A DNA stretch of 64,000 nt from Candidatus Bathyarchaeota archaeon (GTDB taxonomy: Archaea > Thermoproteota > Bathyarchaeia > Bathyarchaeales > Bathycorpusculaceae): NCBI GenBank assembly GCA_963715865.1, contig OY970280.1:832001-896000 (forward strand), written 5' to 3'. The notes under the pieces were generated by a model, which was given only the letters and a program-made list of their open reading frames with translations, did not search any database and was not told where the DNA came from. The position numbers and the translations under genes are program-made. Of the stretch, positions 9,865-19,847 are shown one piece after another; position 1 is the stretch's first letter; each line of letters starts with the position of its first letter.

Positions 9865-10910
9865 GAAACCACGTCTCCCAAACTTACATCAAGCCTATAG
9901 AGTACATCGTTTATTGTAACGACGTAGCTGAAGATGTTTTGTTCTGAACCCTCAAAGTTTGAACCTGCTCTCAATGGAATTTGAGGATAAGCGATCCATT
10001 CTTGAAAATACGTGCCGTTATTGAGACCGCAGATAACCATAATTAAGGGGCTTTTGTCAATTATCTCTGGAATTGGGCATTGAGTGGCGCCTTGCATGTA
10101 AGTGAGATTCTGCTGATACGAGTAAGAGAAGACGTAGCCTTTTTGAACCATTAAGCCAGACGAATTTGATGTGAAACTTAGCGTGTAATTAAGCGGACTT
10201 AAAACTAAAATGCCATTGCTCGGTGCTGATTCCTGCGTGGAATTAAGGAAATTGTAGATTGCATATGAGGTTATCCTGTCGTCAAAAGAGGCTCTTGCGA
10301 ACACAATGAGCATAGCGTTGCCAGTTGCTGCGCTTGGGATTTGAACGGTAACGTAGCCAACTCCAACGTTTGAAGTGCTGTTGGTTATGTCGCTCAGATA
10401 GTTGTTTGCTACAACATAGCAGTGTAGGTTTGCGCTTGTGGGTTCGGAATCAATGCTGGTTGAAATTCCAAAGGTAAAAGATACTTCGCTGCCTACTATC
10501 GTGCTGTTGCTAAGTTGCTCAATATTTATGGACATAACTTGAGAAACCATTATGCCCAAAGCTAAATTGTTTAGCTTAGCGGCGTTGGCCATGTCACCGT
10601 AGGATAATGAGTAGTTGTTTAGATTGTTCAACCTGCTGATTTTATCTATGTCTAGTTCATAGGGGATTGTGGAGGGGCTTGTTGCTAAACCGAAGTCAGC
10701 GGGAACACTGCTGCTGGACCCCCAGTTGATGGGGGCTCCAGAGTTTGTTATGAGGTGGTCGGCTATGGCTTTGAGGTAACTTTCTTTGTTAATGTCTTGT
10801 GTGCTGGTTATTCTGGTTTGCATTGTTGAGCATAGAAAAGCGGTTGCTATCAAAGCTGCGGCTACTATGATTGTGCATGCGAAGAAGGTATCCAAAGAGG
10901 CTGATGGCAA
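9861..10910 (-). CDS. Pilus-associated membrane-anchored protein
   Basis: N-terminal hydrophobic helix, S/T/N-rich beta body, overlaps neighbour within the pilus operon. Confidence 0.7.
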   Translation of the reverse strand: MPSASLDTFFACTIIVAAALIATAFLCSTMQTRITSTQDINKESYLKAIADHLITNSGAPINWGSSSSVPADFGLATSPSTIPYELDIDKISRLNNLNNYSLSYGDMANAAKLNNLALGIMVSQVMSINIEQLSNSTIVGSEVSFTFGISTSIDSEPTSANLHCYVVANNYLSDITNSTSNVGVGYVTVQIPSAATGNAMLIVFARASFDDRITSYAIYNFLNSTQESAPSNGILVLSPLNYTLSFTSNSSGLMVQKGYVFSYSYQQNLTYMQGATQCPIPEIIDKSPLIMVICGLNNGTYFQEWIAYPQIPLRAGSNFEGSEQNIFSYVVTINDVLYRLDVSLGDVVS

Positions 10911-10926
10911 AGGATTGCTCCTCCTT

Positions 10927-12432
10927 TTAGGTGGTTATTTTCATTCCGAAAGCGCCTGTAAGAAGTATTTGAGAGACAATCAAAGATACGTACGCAGTTG
11001 TTGCCAGCAAAGCTGAATGCTTGAATCCGGCGCCGAAGTTGCCTTCGCTGATTTTTCCGATGAAGAACCCTGAGATCCAGCATTGAATGATTATGCCCAC
11101 AGAGAAGGTTCTAAGTTGGTCTTGCATGGCTATTGAAGCGACTGCCGAGAGGTCTGTGCTGACAATGGTTGTCATCATGGACGAGGTTAAGGCTACTATT
11201 GTGGTTGTGACAGCGATTAATGCGCTCCAGATGAAAGCGAGAAGTATGTAAGGCTTCAAGAGTTCACGCCGATTGACTTGTAATTCGCGTTCTTTTTCAC
11301 TGTATTCGGAAAGTATCTCTAGCGATTGGATTGAGTTGCCGCCGATTTCAATGGTTTCCACCATCATGGCAAAGTTAACTATGACAAACCAGCTCCGAAT
11401 TTCCTTGCGTAGGTTATCAAAAGTTTTTCTTAAGGGTATGCCCCATTCGATTTGGCTGCGGATTAAATCTAAAAATTTGGAGAATGGTCCGTAATCTTTG
11501 CGTTTTGTAGCTTGCACTATGCTTTTTTCTGGTGAAAGCCCAGTTTTTTGTGATTCGGTTATGTCTCGGATGAAGCTGGGAATTGATTCTTCTGCGTTGT
11601 AGTTAATTCTGGCAATGCGCCAATATTGGATAGCAATCGGCAGTGAAGCAGCAACTAAACATATGGTGGTGATTTCAGGTAACCCCACTGGATTTAACGC
11701 TTTTGACAGCGAAGGAACCATTGAGAAGACAGCTATTATGGCGAATGCTGGGGCTATGAAGAATAAGGCTTTTTTGTAGAGGTCTTTTAGGTCGGGGAAA
11801 GCGCTTCTTTGCATGTTATGCGCTATCAAAATGAAGATGCCTGACATCACAGGCATAAGGATAAACGCTATTAGGTAAGACGTTGTGGGCGAAATAGAGA
11901 CAGAACTGCTTGAAAGCAGCTGCATAACGCTTGTCGATGCGAAAACAACAAAAAGAATGTACGAGCACAACACTACGATTAGCATGACCGAGTAGGCTTC
12001 AACCAAAGTAGCGATTCGCTCAATTGACCGGTTCAGGTTAATGTATCTCAGTTCAAAGATTGCTTTCAACTGGCTTTTCATGTAATCAACCAGTTTTCCG
12101 CCGCTTCTAATTGAAGAAACAAAGCCGCCAAGAAAGTTTCTGTATAGCTTGGAGTTCGTGTTTTCTGAGCGCTGTTGCATTACGGTTAAGGGGTCTTTGC
12201 CTAAAACTTCAACCTGTCGAACGACTTCGTCTGCTTCTTGTTTGAATGTTGGAAGGAAAGTAAGTTTTCGCATTTTTTTCCAGCTATCGTAGGGCGAGAT
12301 TCCGCTTGCAGCCATAAGCGTAAAAATCATTACAGCGAATGGCAGTTCCTGCTCAGTTTTCTCTTTTTCTTCACTAGTAGCCTTAGAAAGTAAACCGAAA
12401 ATTTTGCCGAGGAAACCGCCAGGAGCTTTCAT
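10927..12432 (-). CDS. Type IV pilus platform protein (T2SS F / TadC / ArlJ-like)
   Basis: Two T2SF-like domains ('ELPFAVMIFTLMAASG', 'PSFIRDITESQKTG'), multiple TMs, C-terminal 'GKISEG...GFKH'. Confidence 0.92.
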   Translation of the reverse strand: MKAPGGFLGKIFGLLSKATSEEKEKTEQELPFAVMIFTLMAASGISPYDSWKKMRKLTFLPTFKQEADEVVRQVEVLGKDPLTVMQQRSENTNSKLYRNFLGGFVSSIRSGGKLVDYMKSQLKAIFELRYINLNRSIERIATLVEAYSVMLIVVLCSYILFVVFASTSVMQLLSSSSVSISPTTSYLIAFILMPVMSGIFILIAHNMQRSAFPDLKDLYKKALFFIAPAFAIIAVFSMVPSLSKALNPVGLPEITTICLVAASLPIAIQYWRIARINYNAEESIPSFIRDITESQKTGLSPEKSIVQATKRKDYGPFSKFLDLIRSQIEWGIPLRKTFDNLRKEIRSWFVIVNFAMMVETIEIGGNSIQSLEILSEYSEKERELQVNRRELLKPYILLAFIWSALIAVTTTIVALTSSMMTTIVSTDLSAVASIAMQDQLRTFSVGIIIQCWISGFFIGKISEGNFGAGFKHSALLATTAYVSLIVSQILLTGAFGMKITT

Positions 12433-12435
12433 TTG

Positions 12436-14025
12436 TTATTGCTCCTTTGAAGCTTCTTTGGCGGCTAATTCCGCAAGATTAAGTGAACTGTTTAATGCTT
12501 TGTGGACGCTTCTGAAGTCACGAAGGTTTTTCTCAACCATCTTCAGCATAATTTGTTTTCTTCGCTCAAACTCTTCTTGAACAACGCTCAATGGAGCATC
12601 AAGGTTTTGGGCTATTTTGGATAGTAAGTAGCTTTTGTCCAGGTTTTGTTCGAAAGTGTCTGAGGACAAGTTCCAATTGAAAACTTCGTGGGGAACGCCG
12701 TTATTATCGATTTCAGCGACTTTAACAAATTTTCTGGATGACATTTTTCGTTCTTGCGGGTTGATATTTGAGGTTTTGACTTGCTTAACAACTATTACGC
12801 AATTCATCAGTGACAATATGGTTTGTGGAATGTTCATGGGTGGCTGTGTTAGCCTTTTAATGACTGTTTCCACGTCATCAGCGTGCATTGTGCATAATCC
12901 ACCGTGGCCTGTGGCTAAGGCTTGGAATAGAACGTATGCTTCCTCGCCCCTGATTTCGCCGACAAGGATCAATGCTGGTCTGTGTCTCACTGCTGACTTT
13001 ATTAGGTCGAAGAGTGTGACTTCGCCTTCACTGTCTCCTCCGAATCCTATTCGTGCAACGGTTGACACCCAGTTTTCTTGGGGAAGATTAATCTCTTGAA
13101 CTTCTTCAACTGAAATCATTTTAAAGTCTGGTCGAACTAGGCAAGCAATAGCGTTCAATGCGGTTGTTTTTCCTGCGCCTGTTGGTCCTACAATCATAAC
13201 TGACATTTTGTTTTCCATTAGCATCCAGAGGAAAGCGCCAATTGACTCGTCGATGGTTTCGTTTATTATCAAGTCAACGATAGTTAGTGGATCTTCTTTG
13301 AATTTTCTTATAGTGAAGCTTGTTCCGGCAGGGGTTGTTTCTTTTCCGAAAGATATTGCAAGTCTGTGTTTTCCTGGAAGGGTTACGTCTACTATCGGGT
13401 GGGCTATGCTTACGTGTTTGCCTTGTCTGTGTACAACTCGTGTTATGAAATCGTCTAATTCTTCCTCATCAGTAAAGATAATGTTGGTTCGTGCGTTAGC
13501 GTATTTTCTATGGTAAATGTATATGGGCTTGTTTGTGCCTAAACAACTTATATCTTCTATTAACGGATCGTTTATGAGTCCTTCGATTTTTCCGTATCCG
13601 ATTAAGTCTTTTTCAAGGTAGTAAATGATTTTTCTTAGACCCACTTGATTGGTTCCTTCAAGAGCTTTTTGGTGCTCTTCTAGTATGGCTGGAAGCTGCC
13701 TATGGAATGAATCGACTAAGGTTTCGTCTATTCTGGGGGCTTTCAGTTCGTATTCGAGGATGTTTTTTAGTTGTTTGTAGGATTCTCGCTCTTCTCTTGA
13801 CATGGGAAGTTCGTCAACAACGTAGAAGAAACTTCCTTCAGAGTCGTCTTGGAATATCCAAGCATAAGAGAACGGTGGATTGAGGGGGTAACTCTCGATT
13901 TGTGTGTAACCTTCAGGTACCTGGTAGCCCTGAATGCCTAAGTAGGCTATCAGTTCCTCGTCTGAGGTTTTTTCTTTTTCTTGGGTTTCTTCTTGTTTCT
14001 TTTTGCCGATTTTCATCTTAATCAC
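12436..14025 (-). CDS. Type IV pilus assembly ATPase (VirB11/TadA/ArlI-like)
   Basis: Walker A GPTGAGKTT, 'SFTIRKF', Asp box, 'RHRPALILVGEIRG', His box 'TGHGGLCTMH'. Confidence 0.95.
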   Translation of the reverse strand: MIKMKIGKKKQEETQEKEKTSDEELIAYLGIQGYQVPEGYTQIESYPLNPPFSYAWIFQDDSEGSFFYVVDELPMSREERESYKQLKNILEYELKAPRIDETLVDSFHRQLPAILEEHQKALEGTNQVGLRKIIYYLEKDLIGYGKIEGLINDPLIEDISCLGTNKPIYIYHRKYANARTNIIFTDEEELDDFITRVVHRQGKHVSIAHPIVDVTLPGKHRLAISFGKETTPAGTSFTIRKFKEDPLTIVDLIINETIDESIGAFLWMLMENKMSVMIVGPTGAGKTTALNAIACLVRPDFKMISVEEVQEINLPQENWVSTVARIGFGGDSEGEVTLFDLIKSAVRHRPALILVGEIRGEEAYVLFQALATGHGGLCTMHADDVETVIKRLTQPPMNIPQTILSLMNCVIVVKQVKTSNINPQERKMSSRKFVKVAEIDNNGVPHEVFNWNLSSDTFEQNLDKSYLLSKIAQNLDAPLSVVQEEFERRKQIMLKMVEKNLRDFRSVHKALNSSLNLAELAAKEASKEQ

Positions 14026-14465
14026 TCACTGGTTAATGTTAAAGTAACAGTTTGGTTCTCGGAGTGGCATTGCAGAAAAGCCCTGCCAGAACAGCTAATG
14101 AAAGACCCTGAAGCATCAATTTGGGCAGGTATGTAAAGGCGAGGGTAGCTTGGATTAACGGTTGTTCCAAAGCCTGATTCAACCCATGCACCAGACGAGT
14201 CGTTCGCTATTCGAATCCAGTAAATTTGATTTCCGATTTGTGAAGGAATATCCAGAAATTGAGTGGTATTTTGGTTGTTTTCGGATGCATGTGCTAGAAG
14301 GGTTAGGCTTTGTGTTGCTACATACTCATCAATGTTTGTTAACTGTTGGTTTTCTGCTTCATTTTTTATGTTTACCATTGAAAGGCTGCAGCTGGAAACT
14401 ATGATTGCGCCAACGATAAGGGCTGCAAACAGTGAGTACACGTAGCTTGGAATTATCGACGGCAT
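14022..14465 (-). CDS. Pilin-like small membrane-anchored protein
   Basis: N-terminal hydrophobic helix, pilin-like size, in operon. Confidence 0.7.
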   Translation of the reverse strand: MPSIIPSYVYSLFAALIVGAIIVSSCSLSMVNIKNEAENQQLTNIDEYVATQSLTLLAHASENNQNTTQFLDIPSQIGNQIYWIRIANDSSGAWVESGFGTTVNPSYPRLYIPAQIDASGSFISCSGRAFLQCHSENQTVTLTLTSE

Positions 14466-14466
14466 T

Positions 14467-15306
14467 TTACCTAATCCACCTCTCGATTGATATGTTGGAA
14501 ATGACGGTCTCTATGTTGATTATTGCGCCTTCAGGTGTGCTTGAAATCGGAACTGAAACGCTTCCGTTAGCGCCATCCAATTGTGAAGTTATCGCTAAGT
14601 TTTCAGGTTGATAGGAAACTTGGTAAGTTTCAGTGGTTAATTGTGTGCTTGTGCAGGAAATTTTTAGGGGAAGCTCGCCGTGTAATGCTATGGTGTCTGA
14701 AGAGTTCAAGTTAACTATGTAGATGCGAATTTCGGTGACGGCTTTACCGTTTTCCAATCCTGCAGTCGCATATGACACTGTTGGCCGATACCTCAACTGG
14801 ATTTCAGGCCCTTGGTTGCCGTTTGCTACATAAAGCTGACTTAGTGAGGAGCCGCTTTGATTGGTTATTGTTTGGCTGTCGCCTTTTAGGTAAAGTCCAG
14901 TTGCTAATGAGCCTAAATATGGAAGTTCATATGTGACTTCGCCTACCGATGAGTTAAAGATAGGTTCTTCAATGCTTGAGTTGTCATTGATGCTGATTGT
15001 TAGAACATTGCTGGTTGGCTGAATGTTTGTTAATCCGCCTGAATCAGTCAAGTCAAACGTAGCTGAGGAGCCAGGCTGCCATAAAGTTGAAAGAATAACA
15101 TCGTCCAGAGATAGAAAGTTTTGTTTGGCTGTGGAAACTTTGAGAGTTTCGCTTTGCGTATTGAGTCTTTCAACTGAAAAGTAATAGGTAACTGAAATGA
15201 TGCCTAGCGTCGACACTAAAAGTATCAAGAATGTAACGGGTAAAGCTAAAGCAACTTTAGATCGAACAAACCCTCTGAAGAGTCGATTATGCAAGACTGC
15301 GGCCAA
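14467..15306 (-). CDS. Pilin-like protein with probable class III signal peptide
   Basis: 'RSKVA|LALPVTFLILLVSTLGII' followed by S/T/N-rich beta domain. Confidence 0.72.
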   Translation of the reverse strand: MAAVLHNRLFRGFVRSKVALALPVTFLILLVSTLGIISVTYYFSVERLNTQSETLKVSTAKQNFLSLDDVILSTLWQPGSSATFDLTDSGGLTNIQPTSNVLTISINDNSSIEEPIFNSSVGEVTYELPYLGSLATGLYLKGDSQTITNQSGSSLSQLYVANGNQGPEIQLRYRPTVSYATAGLENGKAVTEIRIYIVNLNSSDTIALHGELPLKISCTSTQLTTETYQVSYQPENLAITSQLDGANGSVSVPISSTPEGAIINIETVISNISIERWIR

Positions 15307-15538
15307 TTACATCCTCTCGTATGTATGCATTACTATAGAAGAGCTGGAAGAATGGATTAAGCCGTTTGTGTGTATAAACAATTTACGTATTACTTGCAGG
15401 ATTCTACGTAAAAATTGGATAAGCACAAAATCAGCCTTTTTGAATTTAGCGAAAATTTATTTTTAAAAATAAAAAAGAAAGAGGGTGAGGGTTGTTTGGG
15501 GTAGATAACTCTTAGGTTACTTTATTCTAGCCCTTTGC

Positions 15539-16144
15539 TTATGCTGGTGCTACGTACGCTTGGACGTTTGCCTCTTGATAGTACATCGCTTGCGAAGTGA
15601 ACACCGTTATTCCAACAGTTAAGCCTATGTCATTAATGGTGACGCTATCTGGGCCTACAACGTAAACAACCATGCTATCGCCTGATTTCAATGTTACGTC
15701 GCCTGAAGCTACTGCCAATGTCATACCCGTTTTTATAGTATCTGCAGTTGTTAAAATAGCAACGGCATTGTTGGTTGTTCCATCTGTTCCCGGTACGTAT
15801 ACGAGGTCAGCAGTTACTGAGCCAACAGCAGAATAGACCTGAGCCCAGGGTGATGCTTGTCCTCGAACAGTGATTTTATTTATAACTACGTCTCGACCAC
15901 CAGTGTTAATGATTACAAAAGCCGCCTCAGCGGGATATTGACCATCGATTGCGCTTGCGGATTGTGGACACCATACGTGTAGCATTTGCATGGTTAAGCT
16001 TTCTTCTTGAACTCGGGTGCTGGTAACGTTGATAGCAAAGTAAGTAACGACGCCTGCGAGAAGCACTGAAACCACCAGAATAATCAGCGTAGTAACGACT
16101 GTACTTAGAGCCAAACGATTCTTCAGTATATTCTTCATTTTCAT
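15539..16144 (-). CDS. Major archaeal type IV pilin, paralogue 1
   Basis: Start revised to ATG 16144: MKMKNILKNRLA|LSTVVTTLIILVVSVLLAGVV; 'NTGGRD' block. Confidence 0.88.
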   Translation of the reverse strand: MKMKNILKNRLALSTVVTTLIILVVSVLLAGVVTYFAINVTSTRVQEESLTMQMLHVWCPQSASAIDGQYPAEAAFVIINTGGRDVVINKITVRGQASPWAQVYSAVGSVTADLVYVPGTDGTTNNAVAILTTADTIKTGMTLAVASGDVTLKSGDSMVVYVVGPDSVTINDIGLTVGITVFTSQAMYYQEANVQAYVAPA

Positions 16145-16145
16145 T

Positions 16146-16201
16146 TTTTGTTTCACTGAAAAACCAATCAGCAAATTTTAGATAAGTAAACTTGTGCATA
16201 C
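16146..16201 (-). promoter_or_regulatory. Upstream region duplicated in front of pilins 1 and 2 (second copy 16930-16984)
   Basis: Shared CACTGAAAAACCAATCA.CAAATTT.AGATAAGTAAACTTGTGC.TAC. Confidence 0.7.
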
Positions 16202-16355
16202 AAAAAAATACACATAAACAAGAACCAAGCCAAAAAAATAATAATTTATTTTCTTAAACGAAAAAACTTATTTTTTCAAAAAGAAAAAAAGAAGAGAGGG
16301 GGATTTTTGTGGGGGGTTTTAATGAGCTTTTATTGACCGCTGCCTTCTGCTATTA

Positions 16356-16928
16356 TCAGCTTGCTTGGACGTTGGCTTCTTGGTAGTACATCGCTTGCGA
16401 AGTGAACACAGTTATTCCAACAGTTAAGCCTATGTCATTAATGGTGACGCTATCTGGGCCTACAATGTAAACAACCATGCTAGCGCCTGATTGCAACGTT
16501 ATGTCGCCTGAAGCTGGTGTCAATGCGACATTATGACCTGAGGTACCGTCTACAGCGAGGGCAGATGCAGGAGCATCGGAATCTATGTATGCAAGGTCTT
16601 CACTTACGGTATGAGTTGCGACACCAGCAAAGACTGTTGCACCATCCCAAGCTGCTGCTTGTCCTCGAACAGTGATTTTATTTATAACTACGTCTCGACC
16701 GCCAGTGTTAATCATCAAAAATGCCGCTTCACCTCTACTATTAGCTGAATCGTACCATACGTGTAGTTTTGTTAATTGTAGGCTTTCTTCTTGAACGCGG
16801 GTGCTGGTAACGTTGATAGCAAAGTAAGTAACGACGCCTGCGAGAAGCACTGAAACCACCAGAATAATCAGCGTAGTAACGACTGTACTTAGAGCCAAAC
16901 GATTCTTCAGTATATTCTTCATTTTCAT
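16356..16928 (-). CDS. Major archaeal type IV pilin, paralogue 2
   Basis: Start revised to ATG 16928; 16798-16929 is identical to 16014-16145 of paralogue 1. Confidence 0.88.
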   Translation of the reverse strand: MKMKNILKNRLALSTVVTTLIILVVSVLLAGVVTYFAINVTSTRVQEESLQLTKLHVWYDSANSRGEAAFLMINTGGRDVVINKITVRGQAAAWDGATVFAGVATHTVSEDLAYIDSDAPASALAVDGTSGHNVALTPASGDITLQSGASMVVYIVGPDSVTINDIGLTVGITVFTSQAMYYQEANVQAS

Positions 16929-17058
16929 TCTTAATTCACTGAAAAACCAATCAACAAATTTAAGATAAGTAAACTTGTGCGTACGAAAAACGACACCTAA
17001 CAAAAAAGAAACAAAAAAGAAAGGATCGGAGTTTGTTTAACTTTACCCTTTTACGGGC

Positions 17059-17742
17059 CTAGACTGCTGGAGTTACTGGAGCGTATGCTTGAACGTTGGA
17101 TTCTACGTAGTACATTGCTTGCGCCGTGTAGAGCGTTAGGCTTACGGTTAAGCCGATGTCGTTTATGGTGATGCTGTCAGGGTTTATCACGTAAATTAGC
17201 ATTGTGTAGCCTGATCTTAGAACCAGGTCTGTTGCGGCGTAATTGAACGTATATGGAGTTCCGGGTACTGCGTCGTCAGGATTTAGAGATAAGGACTGCG
17301 TTGGTTTCACGGGTGGCGTTCCGGCTGGGGCGGTTTCGGCTAACATACCTTTCTGGAAGTACATGTCTGTGGATACAGGTTGGTTTGTTATCGAATAGAC
17401 TATGAATTGCGTATCCAGTGCTTCTAACCCAGATGTCCACGGGCAGTCTTGGCCTCTTACGGCTATCTTATTGATGACGACGTCTCTACCGCCAGTGTTA
17501 ACGACCCTTACTGAAGCCATCGAGTAGGTCGGGTCTCCTGGAGCGGCTGCAGGGTTGAGCCATACGTGAGAGCTGGTCATGGAAAGGCTTTCTTCTTGGA
17601 CTCTTGTGCTGACGACGTTTATGGCGAAGTAGGTGACTACGCTTGCCAGTAGCACTGAGATGACTAGGATAATGAGCGTTGTTACGACCGTGCTGAGAGC
17701 ATACTTGTTTTTTAATAATTTATGGAAAGAACTGTAATTCAA
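17059..17742 (-). CDS. Major archaeal type IV pilin, paralogue 3
   Basis: The GTG at 17754 lies inside the SD GGAGGTGA, so TTG 17742 is the likelier start; NKYA|LSTVVTTLIIL, same conserved blocks. Confidence 0.86.
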   Translation of the reverse strand: MNYSSFHKLLKNKYALSTVVTTLIILVISVLLASVVTYFAINVVSTRVQEESLSMTSSHVWLNPAAAPGDPTYSMASVRVVNTGGRDVVINKIAVRGQDCPWTSGLEALDTQFIVYSITNQPVSTDMYFQKGMLAETAPAGTPPVKPTQSLSLNPDDAVPGTPYTFNYAATDLVLRSGYTMLIYVINPDSITINDIGLTVSLTLYTAQAMYYVESNVQAYAPVTPAV

Positions 17743-17853
17743 TGTATTTTTCACCTCCTGCTTTCGGGGATGATTTGATGAGTTGCTGGAAGCTTTGGGG
17801 TTGTTTTCATGTTCGACATGTCCCTTATCTTTGAAATAGCAGTACGGGTTTTT

Positions 17854-17861
17854 CTTATAAA
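17854..17861 (-). promoter_or_regulatory. TATA box of pilin paralogue 3
   Basis: TTTATAAG on the minus strand with purine-rich BRE-like sequence upstream and a strong SD downstream. Confidence 0.55.
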
Positions 17862-18113
17862 TGTCTTCTGTAGCGAGATTTAATACACAATATAATGCTT
17901 ACAACTAAGGAAGACAAAGCCAACTCTAAAATATGAATTACCAATAAATGCCCTTGAACACCTTTAATTTTCAAGGGCCTATGTTGGGCTAATAGAACAC
18001 ATGAAAATCTGGCTAAAAGCAAAAGTTTCTACGGATAATTTGCTTTTAGAGCATAGAATCATTTTGAATCCAATTCTATTCTAAAAATATAGATTCAGCC
18101 TTCATAACCAATA

Positions 18114-19787
18114 TTGTCCACCACCCGAATATATAGCGCTTGCAGGCTGGTAGCCATGCATCTGAAAATCAACCCCCACACAAAAACCCTATCACTGGTT
18201 ACAATAGTAGTGTTAATAATCAGTCCCTTATTCATGGCTACAGCCTTCAGCATCCAATTAACTACCACTTCAGAATACACCAACTACGTACACAACTACG
18301 TCAACTCACCTCAAGGAAACTACACTTACATTGAAAAACCAATCTTCCCAGTGCTAATTAACAATTCTCAAATACAAATCGGCCAAAACTGGACCATCAT
18401 CTGCCCTCTACAAGAGGGCCATAACTACCACATTTACTGTTATGGAGCATGGATAAATACCTCATCCGCGGCAAAAACAGACTACAACATCTACGTCTAT
18501 GACCCACAGGGAAACTTGGAGAGTTCACACACTGAATCAGCTGGTCTTCCAGAACACTTAGGTACAACAACTGATGACGCGCTTTTTACGCCGGTGCAGT
18601 CAGGCAACTACTCGTTTGTTATAGTGAATAATCCAGTTGATAGCGCAGGTGCTCAGCAGGCGACTTTTATGATAATTGAAAATCTTGAATGCGACAAATG
18701 GTACACGAGTTACGTCGAAGGCACAATTGATAATAATTCAAGTTTCTACACAAACTGGGCGTACGAGTTCGTAACTAACGCGTCATATGTTGAATTGTAC
18801 ATAAAAGTTCCAGAAACGCTCGACATGTATGAAGCTAGGCTTTACTTGATGAATAACGCTAATTCTTCAAGCTTAAACTCTTATCCACTGCCTTGGGAAC
18901 CAGGCTTGTACGGCAACTTAAGCAGTCCTGTCGGCGGCTACAACTTTGAAAGCGAAGCCTACAGAGGTGTAGCCTACGCAAGCTGTGAACATATGGGTCA
19001 AGCGATGTTTCTAAATTACACGTCGCCTAAGAATAATGGAACAAATCTCTATCATTTAGCGCTCATCGGTGAAGTAGGTTCAGGGAATATAGAGTTCATG
19101 TTGAAGACTCATTTTGAAAATGCTTCCTTGATACCCTTAACTATTCCAAGAAGAGTCATTCCTGAAAATCAAACTGAACTCGCCTTCACCTCAAACAACA
19201 CTAATTTGGAGACGGCTCAACTGTCATACACTACCAATAATTGGACAGATATTAATACCGTTGATATGGAAGTCAGCAACCAAACATGCAATGCTACGAT
19301 TCCAGGCCAAAATGCAGGGTCATTAGTGCAATATAAAATTCAAGCAATTGACGTTCTAAAAAATAGCTTGAAAGCAGCAGGCAACTATACTGTAAAGGCG
19401 CCGTCAACTCTTAACATTACTGCAGTTGAAGAAAAAATAGGCCTTGGCGAAAACATCACAATTGCTGGAGTTCTGACTCCAAACGATAATTATTCTAGAG
19501 TTAATGTGCAGTTCAGCAGCATCAACTCCACCCAAACGGTAAATTGCACTGTGAACAGTAATGGTACTTTTGTTGCAACTTTCAAACCGGGCTCTTCTGG
19601 ACTTTGGGCTGTTAGTGCAACTTCGCCTGAAACCCAAACGTCTTACAGGTGCGATAGCCAAGAGTTAACGGTAACGGTGACCGAGCCGCCAATTTACGTT
19701 AAGTATTCTCTTTTTATTATTGCTGGGCTTGTTGCTGCTTTTGCGGTTGGTGGAGTGGTTTACTTTTTAAAGTTCAGAGAAAAATGA
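18114..19787 (+). CDS. Secreted, C-terminally anchored surface protein (Ig/FnIII-like modules)
   Basis: N-terminal hydrophobic segment, many N-x-S/T sequons, C-terminal TM plus KFREK; true start may be ATG 18156. Confidence 0.82.
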   Translation: MSTTRIYSACRLVAMHLKINPHTKTLSLVTIVVLIISPLFMATAFSIQLTTTSEYTNYVHNYVNSPQGNYTYIEKPIFPVLINNSQIQIGQNWTIICPLQEGHNYHIYCYGAWINTSSAAKTDYNIYVYDPQGNLESSHTESAGLPEHLGTTTDDALFTPVQSGNYSFVIVNNPVDSAGAQQATFMIIENLECDKWYTSYVEGTIDNNSSFYTNWAYEFVTNASYVELYIKVPETLDMYEARLYLMNNANSSSLNSYPLPWEPGLYGNLSSPVGGYNFESEAYRGVAYASCEHMGQAMFLNYTSPKNNGTNLYHLALIGEVGSGNIEFMLKTHFENASLIPLTIPRRVIPENQTELAFTSNNTNLETAQLSYTTNNWTDINTVDMEVSNQTCNATIPGQNAGSLVQYKIQAIDVLKNSLKAAGNYTVKAPSTLNITAVEEKIGLGENITIAGVLTPNDNYSRVNVQFSSINSTQTVNCTVNSNGTFVATFKPGSSGLWAVSATSPETQTSYRCDSQELTVTVTEPPIYVKYSLFIIAGLVAAFAVGGVVYFLKFREK

Positions 19788-19847
19788 TCATAATCGCGTT
19801 GTTTATTAAAGCAAACCCAGTGATTCTAAGACAAGGAGACAGGCAAG

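Noticed and set aside
8679-17754. Archaellum operon
   Set aside because: No ArlH (KaiC-like), ArlF/ArlG or chemotaxis genes recognised; architecture fits a type IV pilus.
15539-17754. Diversity-generating retroelement acting on the pilins
   Set aside because: No reverse transcriptase in the window; the variable segments differ by indels and all base types, not adenine-specific substitutions.
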